Part shown: positions 11,552 through 26,398 of the stretch, one piece after another
How positions within the stretch are numbered: position 1 is the stretch's first letter
How the letters are laid out: the number at the start of each line of letters is the position of its first letter
Assembly (NCBI RefSeq): GCF_026571515.1
Contig: NW_026855141.1
Location: 62,001 to 126,000 of the forward strand
Direction of reading: 5' to 3'
Source of the DNA: Ruditapes philippinarum
Taxonomy: Eukaryota
Length of the DNA stretch: 64,000 nt
Notes under the pieces: model-generated
The model's input: only the letters and a program-made list of their open reading frames with translations
Database searches by the model: none
What the model was told of the DNA's origin: nothing
Position numbers and translations under genes: made by a program

Positions 11552-14500
11552 TTAAGGTGTTGAAGAAAAAAAGATGCACTGAACTTACTTAAAAGTCTTG
11601 CTTTATTTTACTCCAGGTATTCTCAATTTGGAAGACTATGTTGCCGTCTTGTGCCGGTGTTTCTAATAGCCTAAGAATTTACATAGCATCAAAATATTAT
11701 TCGATGTTACACAAGTTTTGTCACTGTTAAACTTTATTAACATATTAGACATGAATTAAAGTATATACTTTAAAGTGGCTGAATTGAAATTGATCTTTTT
11801 GTTGTACAAAATTGGATAAGTTGTACAATCATAATGATAAAATTATTTTGATTAATTCTGCATTCTTCCAAGTATCAAAATAGAAAATTAAGAAAGTTAA
11901 TTTGTTTTCAATAATTATCCACAAGCAATTGTTTTTGAATATTTAGAACCCTCTTAACATTTTCATAAAATTGTCCATCTTTCTAAAGGCTTGCTGCATT
12001 ATCGTATAAAAGAACATAATGATCAATATGAAATTTTATGTGTTTATGAACTTTTTTAATATCTTGTTTTAATGTAAATGTATATAAACGCAACTTATAT
12101 TTTTGCATACCATAACGTGCCGTGATTTAGCGCAAGAAACACATTGGCAGTAACAAAAGTTAACATAAGAACTCCAGGGCATATTTTGAGGTATCACAAG
12201 AACTCCGGGACATTTGAAAAATCGGGTATAAAGTTGTTAGCCGGGGCTTCATGCTTGCAATTTTGCATTATAATTAGGTAATTATGTATGGCAAGGATGA
12301 AGACTTGAAATAAACAGGTTGATACTTGCGAATTAGCAAATACATTTAATTTGGAAATTTTACTCAAAATTACCACATTTTACGCCAGAGGCGATGAAAA
12401 ATGGACTATGAATTAGTTTTTGACACATAATGCAATATGCAAGGCAAGCTTAATTTAGCAACTAAAACTCACTTCTTAAAGATGAAAAATACCATTTTTG
12501 ACGAGTGTTTTTGCAGTATATACAAAAGTTTTCCGACGAACTCCGTGACAGTTATCACAAGAACTCCTTGACAAGTTATCATAAGAACTCCATCCCTCGT
12601 GTAACACTTCCTCCCCCGTGAAGTGCGTGATTCAGGGCACTTTTATAGAGGATGCTTTATGCCAAATACTAGTATAGAGGCATAGTATTTATCCACAAAA
12701 AGATAAAATATGTTTTCCTATACCTTAGTCTAGTTAAAGCAAGTGACTCCCGGGACAGGGCCAATTTTTGAACTAACGGTCACGATTAATATAAATTTTG
12801 TAGAAATCTTAAGCTCTTGGCTTTGTAGTTTCACACTATCAGACTTAAATGTGTTTTTCGTTTTCCTATAAACAAATGACCTCAAGGAGGGTCAATTTTG
12901 ACCCTGTGGTATAATAACTATCAACAAGGTTATGTTGCAACTCTTGACATTGTAGTTTCACAAAATAAAATTGAAATGGGTTTCTCATACAGACTAAATC
13001 AACTAAATGCCCCAGGGACGGGGCCAACATTAACCAAAGGGGCATGAGTAATGCTAACAGACGGATGGATGGACGGACTGACGACCAGGTGTACAACATT
13101 ATACGCCGGATTTTTTTTCGGAACCCACAACAGAGCAATTAGAGCTGTCAACTAAAGGACTATTTTACAAGACTGTTTTCATGAGCAGGTTTTACTGTAA
13201 GCATTTGTCTTTTATATAGTACCAATTTAGAAAAAAAAGTATTATACTATAATGTCCATTCTTTGTTTTGAAAAGAAGAAAAATCTGCAGTAGTTTTATT
13301 CTTTTATTATAACAGTTTCATAATTATATTTAGATATTGTATATCCTGATTTTATATGTGTGAAATACAATGTCCTATGAAATACTAAAACAGAATTATA
13401 TACAATGTATGTTCAACAATATAATTTATGGAAATGCGATTATAACACATGTGAACATATCGATTACATGGAAGGACATAGCAAATTCACACGAGAACAT
13501 AACAAGTACACAAATTAACATAAAAAATTCACAGGTATAAAATATTCACCATTATTAAATTCTATATACATGTACATATAATTTCGAAATTACACATCCA
13601 TGTAAATTCATTAACAGTTATCAACAAAAAACAACAAAATTTCGAAACGTGAAATATAACAATGTTAACAATGAACATTCATATAAAATGCAAGATGAGA
13701 TCAGTTTTGAAGTTTAACGGGATATTGTTATATTTCAAGTGGCACCGACACTCTATGTGTCATAATTATGTCTGGTTTCCAGCTCAAGTGATAGACTGAG
13801 ACCTCGGGATTATTACTGGCACAACAAGGAACTGGACCGCTTCCTCACATAGAAGAATGAAGTTATGTGTAGTATTCGAACCTGAAGCGGTGAGGGACAG
13901 TCGAACTTGACCATTGAGGCCGACATGTAGGACAAAAAAGAAGTTACAATCAATTTTCAAAAAATGCTCATAATTTTCTCATTAATGTATACATACATGT
14001 ACATTGTACCTGTATATACTTTTCATGTATAATATCATACAGAGCCCTTTATGAAAATTAAAGGATTTTCAAAGACATGTTAAAAAAGTAATATACTTAT
14101 TTGCTAAATAAGCAATTTTTTTTGCTGAATAAGCAAAATTGTTGAAACAGGACATCCAGATATTATTCAGTAATTTCACAATGGGTTTACAGGTGATAAA
14201 GGTTAAAAGCACAGCTTTGGTAGCTATTTATATAATAACCTAGCTTGGACTAATATATAAAATGTCCATAATATTGTACATGTATACAGCTCAAACTGAG
14301 CTAGGTTTTAAATGAGTAAATGAAGGAGCAAAATTAATGATATGCACAGCACCAATCTAACCTATAAAATTAAAAGATGGCTTCAGAAAGTCAAGCCGAA
14401 ATTATGCTATTTTGGAAAGGTTTCATCAATTGAATATTTACAACTACTACGAGTATCACAACTGTTCGCGCCATTTCTAAAATTTGCGCCATTTCTCAAA

Positions 14501-14592
14501 CGTGTACGCATGCGCCATTTATGTCAGACATGCCCTGAACCGGAAATATATAAAACATGCTCCATATATCACTGTATCATTGGGGAAGTTTT

Positions 14593-17500
14593 TCAAATAT
14601 GTACGGGAATGCTCATTTTCGGAACCAGGGATTCTCCGGGGCTGCATATAACAGGTTCCTGCTTTTTCTTGCTGATTTCAATTTCTTGAAGTGCCGACAG
14701 GATAGAGGTGGCGAGCTCAGCAGAGCACTTCCGGCGCCCATCCCATTTATAACACTCTCTGAATGGCAGAAAATAACAGTTCTCAAGACTTGCGAGCGGA
14801 TGTCTATTAGGTATGACGTCATACTCTCTGACGTCCAATCCCACTGCTTCTAGTTCTCCGTCACGTAACGCATTATACATGTCCGTGAAGTTGGCAAGCA
14901 AGCCTTTTGTGACGTCGATTAATATTGCAGACGACTTCATTTTATGGAATGCCGCTTTGTTAAACAAGCACCCATTTTTGCCAGACGACAGTCCAAGATT
15001 TGAACACACAAAGATAATATCACTTGTTTCTAATAATATGTCTTTCTCTACAAAACTAGCGTCAATATCTGTTGCCATAGCAACTGATTTAATGTCATTG
15101 TAAATCAAGGCTGATACTCCCAGACTTTTGAGCATCTTGCCGACCGACAGTCCAAGAGGTCCCATGCCTATGATACCTACTGTCCTGTTGCTAAGTTCCA
15201 GACAATAGGTGGCGTCATTCTTTATGTTCTGAATAACATCTTTAGACTGTATAATCAGATTTAAGTTGCTATTAGAACCTGAAAATAAGCGTATATCTGT
15301 TTGATTAAGAGAGCTGTTATTAAATCATTCTAAATATAGTACATAATTCGTCACATAGCAAGGTATAAATTCGTATGTAACGTTGAAATGTTCTTTTTGA
15401 GTGATACTTTTTACATTTGCTATATTAAATATGCGGACATGTACTGCTTATCATGCAACATAATACATGTACATCTTAAAGAGACTCCACTGAGGTTTTT
15501 TCACATGACGGGAATGGTAACAATTTTTCGAGATTAATTTTCTATTGACAATTAACTTGTATGCAAAATTTCAGATAATTCACTTACTCCATTTCCCCCA
15601 GAATAATTATTTTGATTGTCAAAATCGGGCTAAGAATAGCTTTTCAATTCAGTTCTTAGCATATTTCTTAATTATCTTTTGCATAGGTACCCAAGTTGAT
15701 AATATTATAACAAATTCAAATTTAATGTTTTAGGCATTTGGAACTTATAACACTTTGTCCGGTTAAGAATTACCGCAATGGACGAAAAATGTTTCTTGAA
15801 TATAAAATGACATTTTTTGTTCATTTAAAAAAATGCTTAAAAATATATACTTTACTGTGATGACATGTATTGAGTAGTCTTTTAGTGGGTAGAAATTTGT
15901 TGACTTCAGAAATCATAATTTCAGCACGTGTTATGAGCACGTGTTATGAGCACGTGTTATGAGAGCACGTTTTATGTATCCATATTTTAGTTTTATTTCA
16001 CCACTTTCTCACCTGAAGTCCAGTCGGCTGTTATAACTCTCAATAAAGCTATTGCCATTTGAGCCACTGTGTCGAATGTGATCTTCGGAAGTGTCAGGAC
16101 CCTGATGTTACGTCGTGAACATTCGGATGTTTCTATGTGATCGGAATCCTCGGACATTGTCGCTACGATCTTCAAGGACGGACCTGTCAAAAGTACAGAT
16201 AACTACGTTTTAAACAATAACAAGTTAATTAATCACGTAAACGTAATGCAACAAGTTTTATTATTGGACTCTGTTCAGATGAATGACGTCTTTAACTATA
16301 TACACGGTCGTACCAAGGACATTCAGTAGGCAGAATTTATTAGTAAGGCTATAGTTTGATAATTATTAATTTTAAATAATGCATACACTATCAGTCACAT
16401 CGATCTACCAAAATTCAATTCATGATAATGATTTACGAATACATCAATTTAAATTGATCGAGTCACGACCTTTATCTACATTATAAGCAAATGGTCCTCT
16501 TAAAAAATCGGGGTCTTTAAAGGAGTTCAAGCCTTATATATGAAATGTTTTATATAGATCAAGAGAAACACTTGAAATGGAAAAAATTACAAGGATAATA
16601 AAGAAATATAAGTACATGTAAGTGCCCTTCTAAGCACAACGGGAGTGAAAAGCAACGCTTATGTTTTTTTGTTTGTTTTTATGTTGCACAATAAAATTGT
16701 TTATTCTAAGTGACGGAATGATCTGAAAATTAGATTCAGACATACATCAAATGGTACACAAATTTCGTTTCTTTTTCTGTATATTCTATAAACAATGGTT
16801 GTTTTTCACTGACATTTTGGCAATCACACGTATGACGATTTCTAGAGATACAAGAGTGCAATGTTCTACCCTCATCTCGAAAACAGGCCAGTTAATATCG
16901 TCCGTAATCAATGTTAATGCCAGCTAAACAGCTTCTTTGTCTGCTTAACTTTGAAATATAAAGGTATTATTTCTATATCTTCATACGTCATTCGTGAATA
17001 AGCAAATACCTGCGATCAGCTGATCAGACCCCGTTCACATACGTTAAGTACATTTGTTTTGTTTTGTTGTTGTTGTTTTTTTGCGGTGTACTATACTTGT
17101 TCAGTTATTAGGTTTAAAACTTAAATGCTTTCAAGTGTGAATTATAAGTAAGTTGTGGTTATATGTATACACTTTAAAGAGCTTTTATAGTCTGTAAGTG
17201 GATCATTGACATTCTTAATATACAATTTTGTACATATATGTATATATGGGGAGACTAATCGATTTTTATTTCAAAAGTAAACGGAACATTTTTTTTGAAC
17301 GACATATCAAATAATGTAAGAGTTTACTTATATATGTTCACATGAACGTGGCATTGACTTGCCTATAGATATTTGGCTAATTACCAGACAAAACATATGT
17401 TTTTAAAGTCACCCACGTTCCTTCCTAGTTCTTTCAATACCAGGTAACAAAGGCGTAAACAATGTTTAAACACGATTCATAAAGCGTGCTGTAATTCCTT

Positions 17501-19266
17501 TATTCCTATTTTTGATTTTTTTGGTCGACATTAAATAGTATTTTACATGGGTATTACAGCAATCGAACTTTTCGGACATTTCCGCCAATCTTCGGATAAT
17601 GGTTATGAATAACCGAGGAAATATTCCGATTGTTGTTCAATATGTAAGTCGAAAGAGGAAGCGATCTCGTTCTTCACAATGAACTTTATATCATTATGAA
17701 ATGATATTAAGGAAGTAACCTTTTTAATGTTGTACAGTCTTAATTCACAAAACATTACGTGTTCCAATTTTACTTTCGAATTTATTGTGAATTTATATCT
17801 ATTAGAGGAGAGAGTTATAACTTGAGAAATTCGTTACACCAGTTAATATGTATCATTTTTACGTAAATGGCTTACAATAGCCATATTTTATAAAGATTAT
17901 GTAGGGGGTTACGTAAAGTCTTTCGTGTCCCGGACCGATAGATCGGTAGGGCATCTTATTTTAATGTTGTTTTATGTCTGTCCTTTATGACACGAAAGTT
18001 CTTCCTCCTACAGCCCTTGAAGAACTGTACCCGCCAGATTCCATGAGAGGGTATGGCGCCACTGAGACAATGATTAAGATAACGACGAAAATAACAATAA
18101 TGATTTATATAGATGTGATAGAATTATATTATAAATATATTATAAACGGTCTTTTCAAGGACAGATTAAAAAAAACAAGCACGTGCGTGTAGTTTAATTG
18201 AACAAAAAATGGGAAATTTAGGAGATATAATTTATGGTAGCGTTAGTCGGTCTTTGTTAAAGATATTGACTTATCTTTGAAACACTTGTTTTAACGCCTG
18301 ATAGGTCTCCGCGGTTTATTTTAATACCGTTTCTTTGTTATTATCTATTTACAATTGTATTGTAAAGTATTTATGACGTGCGCTTATAATATCACGATAT
18401 ACCATGGTTTATGTATGAACTATAGCTTGACCTCTCGTGTTATTGCTTGACCTCTCGTGTATATGTAAGAAATGATGATGAAATATTTCATGTAACAAAC
18501 TAGAGTCTACGAAAGATAGAAATATATGAAATTTTCACATTTTTAAACATGCCCGGAAAAACAAAGTTGAATAAAAATGAGTAAGCTTGCACTTTAAATA
18601 ACGTTTAAATCAACAGATAAGCGAGTCTGAACAAATTTGTGATAAGATAACGTCGCGTCAAAACAGTGCACCGTCTGGCTTTTATATAACACACTGCCCT
18701 TTAAAACGTTATACTAACTGACCTCGCCTTACTGACAGCTTGAACTTACTTTCTTTCAATCTATCAGAATCAATCATAAACATCTTAAACTGAAAAGTCG
18801 GTCAGGTAAATCATGTAACTATGCAATTATCATAATATATTCAGTAGTTTTAATTTGATTCTCCTGTATGTAAGAATATACTTTGCCTATATAAAGTATA
18901 CAGAGTTCGGTCTGTATTTTATCGTAACTGCTAAATACATTATGTCCTACAAATGAACCAACCTTGGAAGAAGAATCATAAGGGTCGGTTTTTAGTCAGA
19001 CTGAAAATAAAACCACCAAAAAACTTAAATATCATCTCACCTGCTGCATTAAGAATATCCCGGTCGATTTTATCCGTCGGCATACATATGAGCACGTCAC
19101 AGCCTGGAATGTTGACGAGCAGTTCGGTTTTGGTGGCGGGGTCGTGGCTGTCCCAGTACGACACGTTACATCTTCCCAGTAACAGGTCCAATCCTTTCTG
19201 TGGTATTTGTCGGGTTATATAAACCTTCGGTCGGCACGATTTCGTCGTGGATATCACCGACAACAT
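14593..19266 (-). CDS. Divergent GRHPR-like paralog 2, ~360 aa, predicted catalytically inactive
   Basis: Exons 19266-19041, 16183-16013, 15278-14593 (1083 nt, open frame, same intron positions and 171-nt middle exon as its neighbours). Rossmann GMGPLG is kept; catalytic motifs are altered (IDVTKG, DVREYDVIP, FLPFREC). Confidence 0.88.
15480..15881. mobile_element. Degenerate TTAA-flanked MITE
   Basis: The left end TTAA|AGAGACTCCACTGAGGTTTT resembles ends at ~50936 and ~61320. The right end is imperfect and its boundary approximate. Confidence 0.45.
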
Positions 19267-22200
19267 GGTTAATTACTAAGTCAACTGTTTTAGTATAAAT
19301 CCGTCGGAAAATTTCAACTTAATTTCATTAGTTCATATATAACTTCAAGTTTAACTACCTCAAGCTTGGTGTTTTGATGAAACGTTAAAGTATAGTCATA
19401 ATATGAAAACATTCCCCGGGCACTTTATCTCACGTTCTAACGATCAATTTTGAGCAAAACAACTCGCGACTAGGGTTTATATACGTATAACCGATTTACG
19501 GATAAATTTAAAGGTAGGTGTGCAATGTAAACCGATTTATACGTAAGTTAAAAGGTAGCGTTGTAATGCTTTAGAGCTGTACGTTATTATTTTGAAATTC
19601 ATGTGAACTGAAATTCAATTATGGTGATTAAAGTGAATTAGTCTATAATGGAAAGTCTGAAATACATTGTATAATTACTTTGATAGTATTACGTATTAGA
19701 CATGATAACAAACAACGAAAGTTTTATACATGAAAGTTGTTGGCAAGTCCGATATGTATTTATTTAGCAGATAATAACTTGTTCTAGGACAAAATATTAT
19801 TATTGATCAGATAAATGTTCGAAATCACCTAAAACTTTATCAACATTTTTTAAGCAGGATTTAATGGGGGGGGGATCCAAATGATACATTTATGTTTTCA
19901 AATACTTATAGAAAATGTGCCAATTGAAGACCTATAATGCTGTAACATTGATACTTAATGACATCTGTTTTTACAAAGAAAATACTGCCATCCAAATATG
20001 TTAACTTTCAAGCCCTCTTTTTATGGCATTTTTCAATTTTCAAATTGTTAGAACATCGATTAGAATGTATCCCATTTCGAACCGACACTTTAGTTAGTAC
20101 CTCCCTTTTACAGTTATATTTAACAATTATTTTTAAGAAAACGAATCTGGATTAAAATTTTGAGAATAAAGATACTGCAATTAAAAACCTCCCCATTCCA
20201 AGGAAATTGAATCCGGAGCATTTTCTTTTCAGTTTTAAAATATTCTACTATCAGCGAAAAGCTTATCATTGTTAGTTTGTAAATTACCTCCCTTTAAATT
20301 AAACTTTCATGATCATGAAGATAACATGAATAAAAGCGTTCCTGGAAATAGCTTACAAATTACTTTCTATCTAAAATACTTAGTAGTTTAATATAATAAT
20401 ACAGGCTTACTGCATTTACTAATACATTTTGTTTAAAATTGACGTAAAATAGATATTTCAAGGGGAATAACTGCATATTTAGCGTCATTCTATTCACTGT
20501 AATATTGATTTTAACACATAAAAATATTTCTTTATAGTAAACATTAGGACAGCCAATGAAATTAAGAAACGAGATAATTTAAAGTTTCAAAAAGTTTGGT
20601 TAAAGTACTTTTTATTTATGTGAAAATCGTTTGAAAACCAGTTTTATCCAGTAACAGATGTTCCATTCATGTTTAAATGTTAAAAGATTTTAGAGTGTTT
20701 ACAGGGGCGTATCATGTTGAGGACAGGCGAACGTCTGTGCTCCTTTAGTTGTTATTCCCTAATCGTTCAGTCTTATCCTCCAGACGTTTGTTGCCCATGA
20801 AACGTCTGGATGACACAGACTATCAGCTCTTATGTCCGTATCTCTGTCCAATATGTGTTCTCATTTTTGTCCACATTCATATCAAAAAAATTATGTTGAT
20901 AAACTTCCAAAAAAGTGGGTAGAGCTTGCGTGTCGTCATCATCATTCATCCTGCTAAAACTAGCAATTATATCTACTAGCAATTATATCTGACACCTTTT
21001 TTTACTATTAATCTCTCCAGATATGAGATTCAAAACACTATGTAAAGAACGTGATTGTATATGGAACGTTCGCAAGATTCACACGGAACAAAGCATTATC
21101 GGAGAGAAGCCTACCGATATCTACGCGCCAGCGTACTGTTACCTTGTCTTACATTAGGATCTAATTTATTTATAATTTGTGACCTTATCACATATCAAGG
21201 CCAAGTACAAAAAGGAAAAAACAGAAAAGTTAACGCGCATATTATATTGTTGGTTCAATGTTCTATAATAATGTTAAGTGCATATTCAAGGTCGCTATTA
21301 TATTATTGTGCAAGGATTCTTTACAAATGACGTATTGTGCATAGAAGTAAACATTTTTATCAGGAAACTATATATAAATCTGTTTACGCATTTTGAGCGT
21401 TTTTTTAACTCTGCATAAAACATTAACATGTTTATTTCCTGAAATTCTAATTAAAAACTATGACAATATTAGCGCAGTTAATGATGTTTTAGTAGAAACA
21501 AAGATTAATGCTTTTCAATGTTTATACTGTTTTCGACTTCAAAGGTCCCAGTGGTTTATATATGTACGTCATGAATTGTAGCATTTGTTTTACGCGCAAC
21601 ATATATTCATAGAGCTAACGAAATAGCAAAATTATCAGGTCGATTATGACTAGAGCATTACAAAATAGGTCAGTACCATAATATTGACAATATACATGTA
21701 ATGTAAATATGGTCCACAAGTGTTTGCAGTATGATATCAAGTGGCATCTTAAACTTAACAACTCCTTATACCAGTATAATTATTGAGAGCACTAACGTCA
21801 AATGACACCGTGATTGACGTTAATTAAGTGTTACGGCCTACGGTAGGAACACGGAGTCACAAAATATGCCTTGTACATATTATGTAAATTTACTGCCTTA
21901 ATCTAAGTAATACACATTTGCCCAATTCGAACATGTTTCGACGATTATTCAGTCCTCTGTTTTAGTATTACCTGACCTTTAACTGGAGTTTATAGGATAT
22001 CAATGCGAAAATTATTGATAAAAGTCGGCAGGTTCATAGGCAATGGACTTATGTTTGGCATTCAATATTTATAATGCGTAACGAACAGACATATACCTAT
22101 CTTTCAAACACCTAAGTTCGGACCATTGACACAATATAGAGTTCATTGACAGAGACTATGTTTCGCTGACCGGACTTCAAAATGTGAATGTTTCACCAGT

Positions 22201-22274
22201 CAATTTCTACAAGTATACTCGTCGAGGTCACTCCAATATAATTCACGTTTACTGCAAGTAAACAAGCATTTCAA

Positions 22275-24476
22275 AACTAGAACTATCGCTGAATGCGATT
22301 CATACCCCCACCAATGTCCTTGACAGAAGAGAACTTGGAAAGGTGGTTAATGGAATAACTTTGAGAAATTATCTCTGGTGAAAAAAAAGACTAATTGTAC
22401 AGGTAATAGTATAAATATATATATTATCAAATCATGTTCGAAACAGTTACAAATAACCTTTCATTTTCCCAATGTACTAACCATTTTATAAGTCAATTTT
22501 TGACCTTTAAGTGTGGCCTTGACCTTAAGCTGGCACAAGGGTAAGATGGGTTCTGCACATTGCCCAGTTGGGGTGAACATTTGAGTAAAGTTTGAAGAAA
22601 ATCCTTCCATTAGTATAGAATTTATAGAGCGGACACGACATATTTTCTAGTATTGATTGTATGTAAATTTAAAGACTTAAAAATGGGCATAACTTTGTTA
22701 AAATATAATACAGAGTTATGAAACTTGACCTGCATATCTTATTTGTGACACCTCATATATCGTTTAAGTTTCAAGCAAATACCTGTGCTAGTATCAGAAA
22801 TATTCAACTACATGTTAAAATTTAAGAACATTTTCTAAGTCAATTTTTGACCTTCAAGTGTGACCTTGACCTTTAGCCGGCACAAAGATGACATGTATTC
22901 TGCAAATAACCTTGTTGGGGTGAACATTTGAGTAAAGTTTGAAGAAAATTCTTCCATTAGTATAGGATTTATAGAGCGGACACGACATATTGTCTAATAT
23001 TTGATTGTATGTAAATTTGAAGACTTAAAAAGGGGCATAACTTTGTTAAAATGCAATACAGAGTTATGAAACTTGACCAACATATCTTAATTGTGACACT
23101 TCATATATATTTTTTAAGTTTCAAGCAAATACCTTTACTAGTTTCAGAAATATTCAAATACATGTTAAAATTTAAGAATATTTCCTAAGTCAATTTTTTA
23201 CCTTAAGTGTGACCTTGACCTTAAGCCGGCAAAAGGGTGACATAGGTTCTGCACATCCCCTTGTTGAGGTAAACATTTGAGCCAAGATTGAAGAAAATCG
23301 TTCAATTAGTGTAGGACTTTCAGAGCGGACACGACATACTGTGTAATATTTTGACTTACAGAGCGGACACGACATACTGTGTAATATTTGATTGTTTGAT
23401 ATTTGAACTTTAATTGTGACCTTGACCTTGAGCTGACACATGGGCAACATAGGTTGTGCACATCCCCTTGTTGAGGTGAACATTTGAGCCAAGTTTGAAG
23501 AAAATCCTTCTATTAGTGTAGGACTTACAGAGCGGACACGAAATATTGTCTATTATTTGATTGTTTGATATTTGACATTCAAGTGTGACCTTGACCTTGA
23601 GCTGACATATTGGCAACATGGGTTCTGCACATCCCCTTGTTGAGGTGACCATTTGAGCCAAGTTTAAAGAAAATCTTTCAATTAGTGTAGGACTTACAGA
23701 GCGGACACGACATACTGTGTAATATTTGATTGTTTGATATTTGACCTTCAATTGTGACCTTGACCTTGAGCTGACACATGGGCAACATGGGTTCTGCACA
23801 TCCCCTTGTTGAGGTGAACATTTGAGCCAAGTTTGAAGAAATTCTTTCAATTAGTGTAGGACTTACAGAGCGGACACGACATACTGTCTATTATTTGATT
23901 GTGTTTGATGTTTGACCTTCAATTGTGACCTTGACCTTGAGCTGACACATGGGCAACATGGGTTCTGCACATCCCCTTGTTGAGGTGACCATTTGAGCCA
24001 AGTTTGAAGAAATTCTTTCAATTAGTGTGGGACTTACAGAGCGGACAAGACATACTGTCTATTATTTGATTGTGTTTGATATTTGACCTTCAATTGTGAC
24101 CTTGACCTTGAGCTGACACATGGGCAACATGGGTTCTGCACATCCCCTTGTTGAGGTGAACATTTGAGCCAAGTTTGAAGAAATTCTTTCAATTAGTGTA
24201 GGACTTACAGAGCGGACACGACATACTGTCTATTATTTGATTGTGTTTGATATTTGACCTTCAATTGTGACCTTGACCTTGAGCTGACACATGGGCAACA
24301 TGGGTTCTGCACATCCCCTTGTTGAGGTGAACATTTGAGCCAAATTTGAAGAAAATCCTTCAATTGGTATAGGATCTATATAGAGCGGACACGAAAATAC
24401 AGACGGACGGACCGGCCGACGCGTTAAAGCGAATCCATTATAGCCCCCCCCCCACATTTTGTGGTGGGGGTATAAA
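22275..24476 (+). mobile_element. Non-autonomous Helentron/pearl(DINE)-type element with internal tandem array
   Basis: Subterminal inverted repeat ATACCCCCACCA / TGGTGGGGGTAT; two ~350-bp units followed by about seven 169-171 bp units (TGACCTTGACCTTGAGCTGACAC...); GACG microsatellite and 3' hairpin. Confidence 0.82.
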
Positions 24477-25203
24477 AATGCTAGGAATCGCCGTTCAGTC
24501 GGGTATTTGAAAACTTTTTTTTCGTGAGATGTGAAATAAACTCCTTTCTGAAAAACAGAGCTAATGTTTCTTCTTTTAAGAGAATTTACTCCAGTGGTTT
24601 CGAGCTTGGTGCATTTAAGATTGTATTTCAGTAACCCGACAAAAACATGGCGGATAGCGTGTCCTGTAGACGGCCTCTTTTGAGGTCTTTAGCCGTCCAG
24701 TTTGTTATCATGTGGTATACAATTCTCTGTTTTGATTGGCTTAAATCGGGCGGTGTACGGGTAGAACTGCAATCGGAACATTTAGGCTATTAACAATAAT
24801 ATCATTTAGATGGCCTTTGGCAGAAAAAAATCTTTCGGATAATAAAGATTAGTTTAGGTGATACAAGTATTCCTCGTTCACATAGTACTAATTGAATTTG
24901 ACCATAGATTTTTCTTTCAGATTGCATGCTCGAACGTGGGACCCTCGGAATACCGTGACGCGGCTTTACCAACTGAGCTATCCGGCCGCTGACACGATAT
25001 CTTCCCCAATTAGTGAACAGTTATGCAGTTCCCTTGTGTTAAAAAGCTCTATATGATGACAAACTTTATTTTCAACCTTACCAATGCAAATGACGCATCG
25101 AATTTTTCAAAATAATATTGATGCATTATGTATACAGATGAACTTTTTAACTTTCAAAATTCGGTAAATTATGCAGGCTTTATCTAGAGCGTATTAACCA
25201 TTT

Positions 25204-25437
25204 GAGCCGTGTCACGACAAAACCAACATAATGGGTTTGCGACCAGCATGGATCCAGACCAGCCTGCGCATCAGCGCAGTCTGATCAGGATCCATGCTGT
25301 TCGCTTACTAACCCTATAACAAGTAGAGAAACTGATAGCGAACAGCATGGATCCTGATCAGACTGCGCGGATGCGCATGCTGGTCTGGATCCATGCTGGT
25401 CGCAAAACATTATGTTGGTTTTGTCGTGACACGGCTC
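25204..25437. mobile_element. Palindromic ~235-bp MITE, GAG...CTC ends, 4-bp TSD ATTT (Sola-like)
   Basis: About 105-bp inverted arms (GAGCCGTGTCACGACAAAACCAACATA...); same family as 26164-26398 and 32878-33112. Confidence 0.88.
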
Positions 25438-26163
25438 ATTTATCGTTCATATTACAGACAAGAATCCGGTTCGATTAACCGAATATCAAACATTTAAACG
25501 AATTACAAAATGTATGTATACATTTTATTACCACCGAAAAATGATATTTGATATATCCGGTACACCAGATAGCCGGACTTTATTTTTGAATTTTTTGACA
25601 CATTTTATGGATGGTTAATTACAATCTGACTAAAGTTCAGATTTAATTACGTAATTTCTTGCCATACATAGCGTTAATAATAAGCTGATTTTAAAGGTTT
25701 ATTTTTTTCTGTATTTATCTGTATTTTTTGTGTTTGTTTTTTGTTGTTTTTTTCTTTGAATTTGACCGATAAAATTGTTTAAATATATGTTAACATTTCA
25801 TTTTTTGCCGAAATCTTTTTCTTTTTCATCAACCCACACACGGATAATTTATCCGAGTTTCAATAATAGTGAAATTAAAGCGGAGTCATGGCAACAAACA
25901 CAGGTGTACAAACATGGAATGCAGGTAGAATTCGCTAAAATGAACGTGTAGATTTTTTGTTAGTATATGTACCATCATAATGACAAATTCCGCCGAAATA
26001 ATTTTAGACGGATGTGTCGTCAGTTCTGGGTCTGCACTGGTCGCATGGATAGATCAAAATGCCTTCAGCAGGCTATGAAAATTACATGTTTAATGTCATG
26101 AAAATCAGTAGCTCTGAATTGTTTTATATTTACTGAAGCATACAAAATAAGGCAAATAAATAT

Positions 26164-26398
26164 GAGCCGTGTCACGACAAAACCAACATAGTGCGTTTGC
26201 GACCAGCATGGATCCAGACCAGCCTGCGCATCCGCACAGTCTGATCAGGATCCATGCTGTTCGCTAACCAACTCTATTACAAGTAAAGGAACTGATAGCG
26301 AACAGCATGGATCCTGATCAGACTGCGCGGATGCGCAGGCTGGTCTGGATCCATGCTGGTCGCAAACGCACTATGTTGGTTTTGTCTTGACACGGCTC
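26164..26398. mobile_element. Palindromic ~235-bp MITE, copy 2, TSD ATAT
   Basis: Near-perfect hairpin with ATAT on both sides. Confidence 0.88.

Noticed and set aside
23190-24457. Minus-strand ORFs with repeated MFTSTRGCAEPM
   Set aside because: These are translations of the 170-bp satellite unit.
24915-24995. Minus-strand tRNA-like sequence, and the SINE heads at 3852, 30359 and 58312, as real tRNA genes
   Set aside because: A/B boxes are present but the cloverleaf stems do not pair; better explained as SINE heads.
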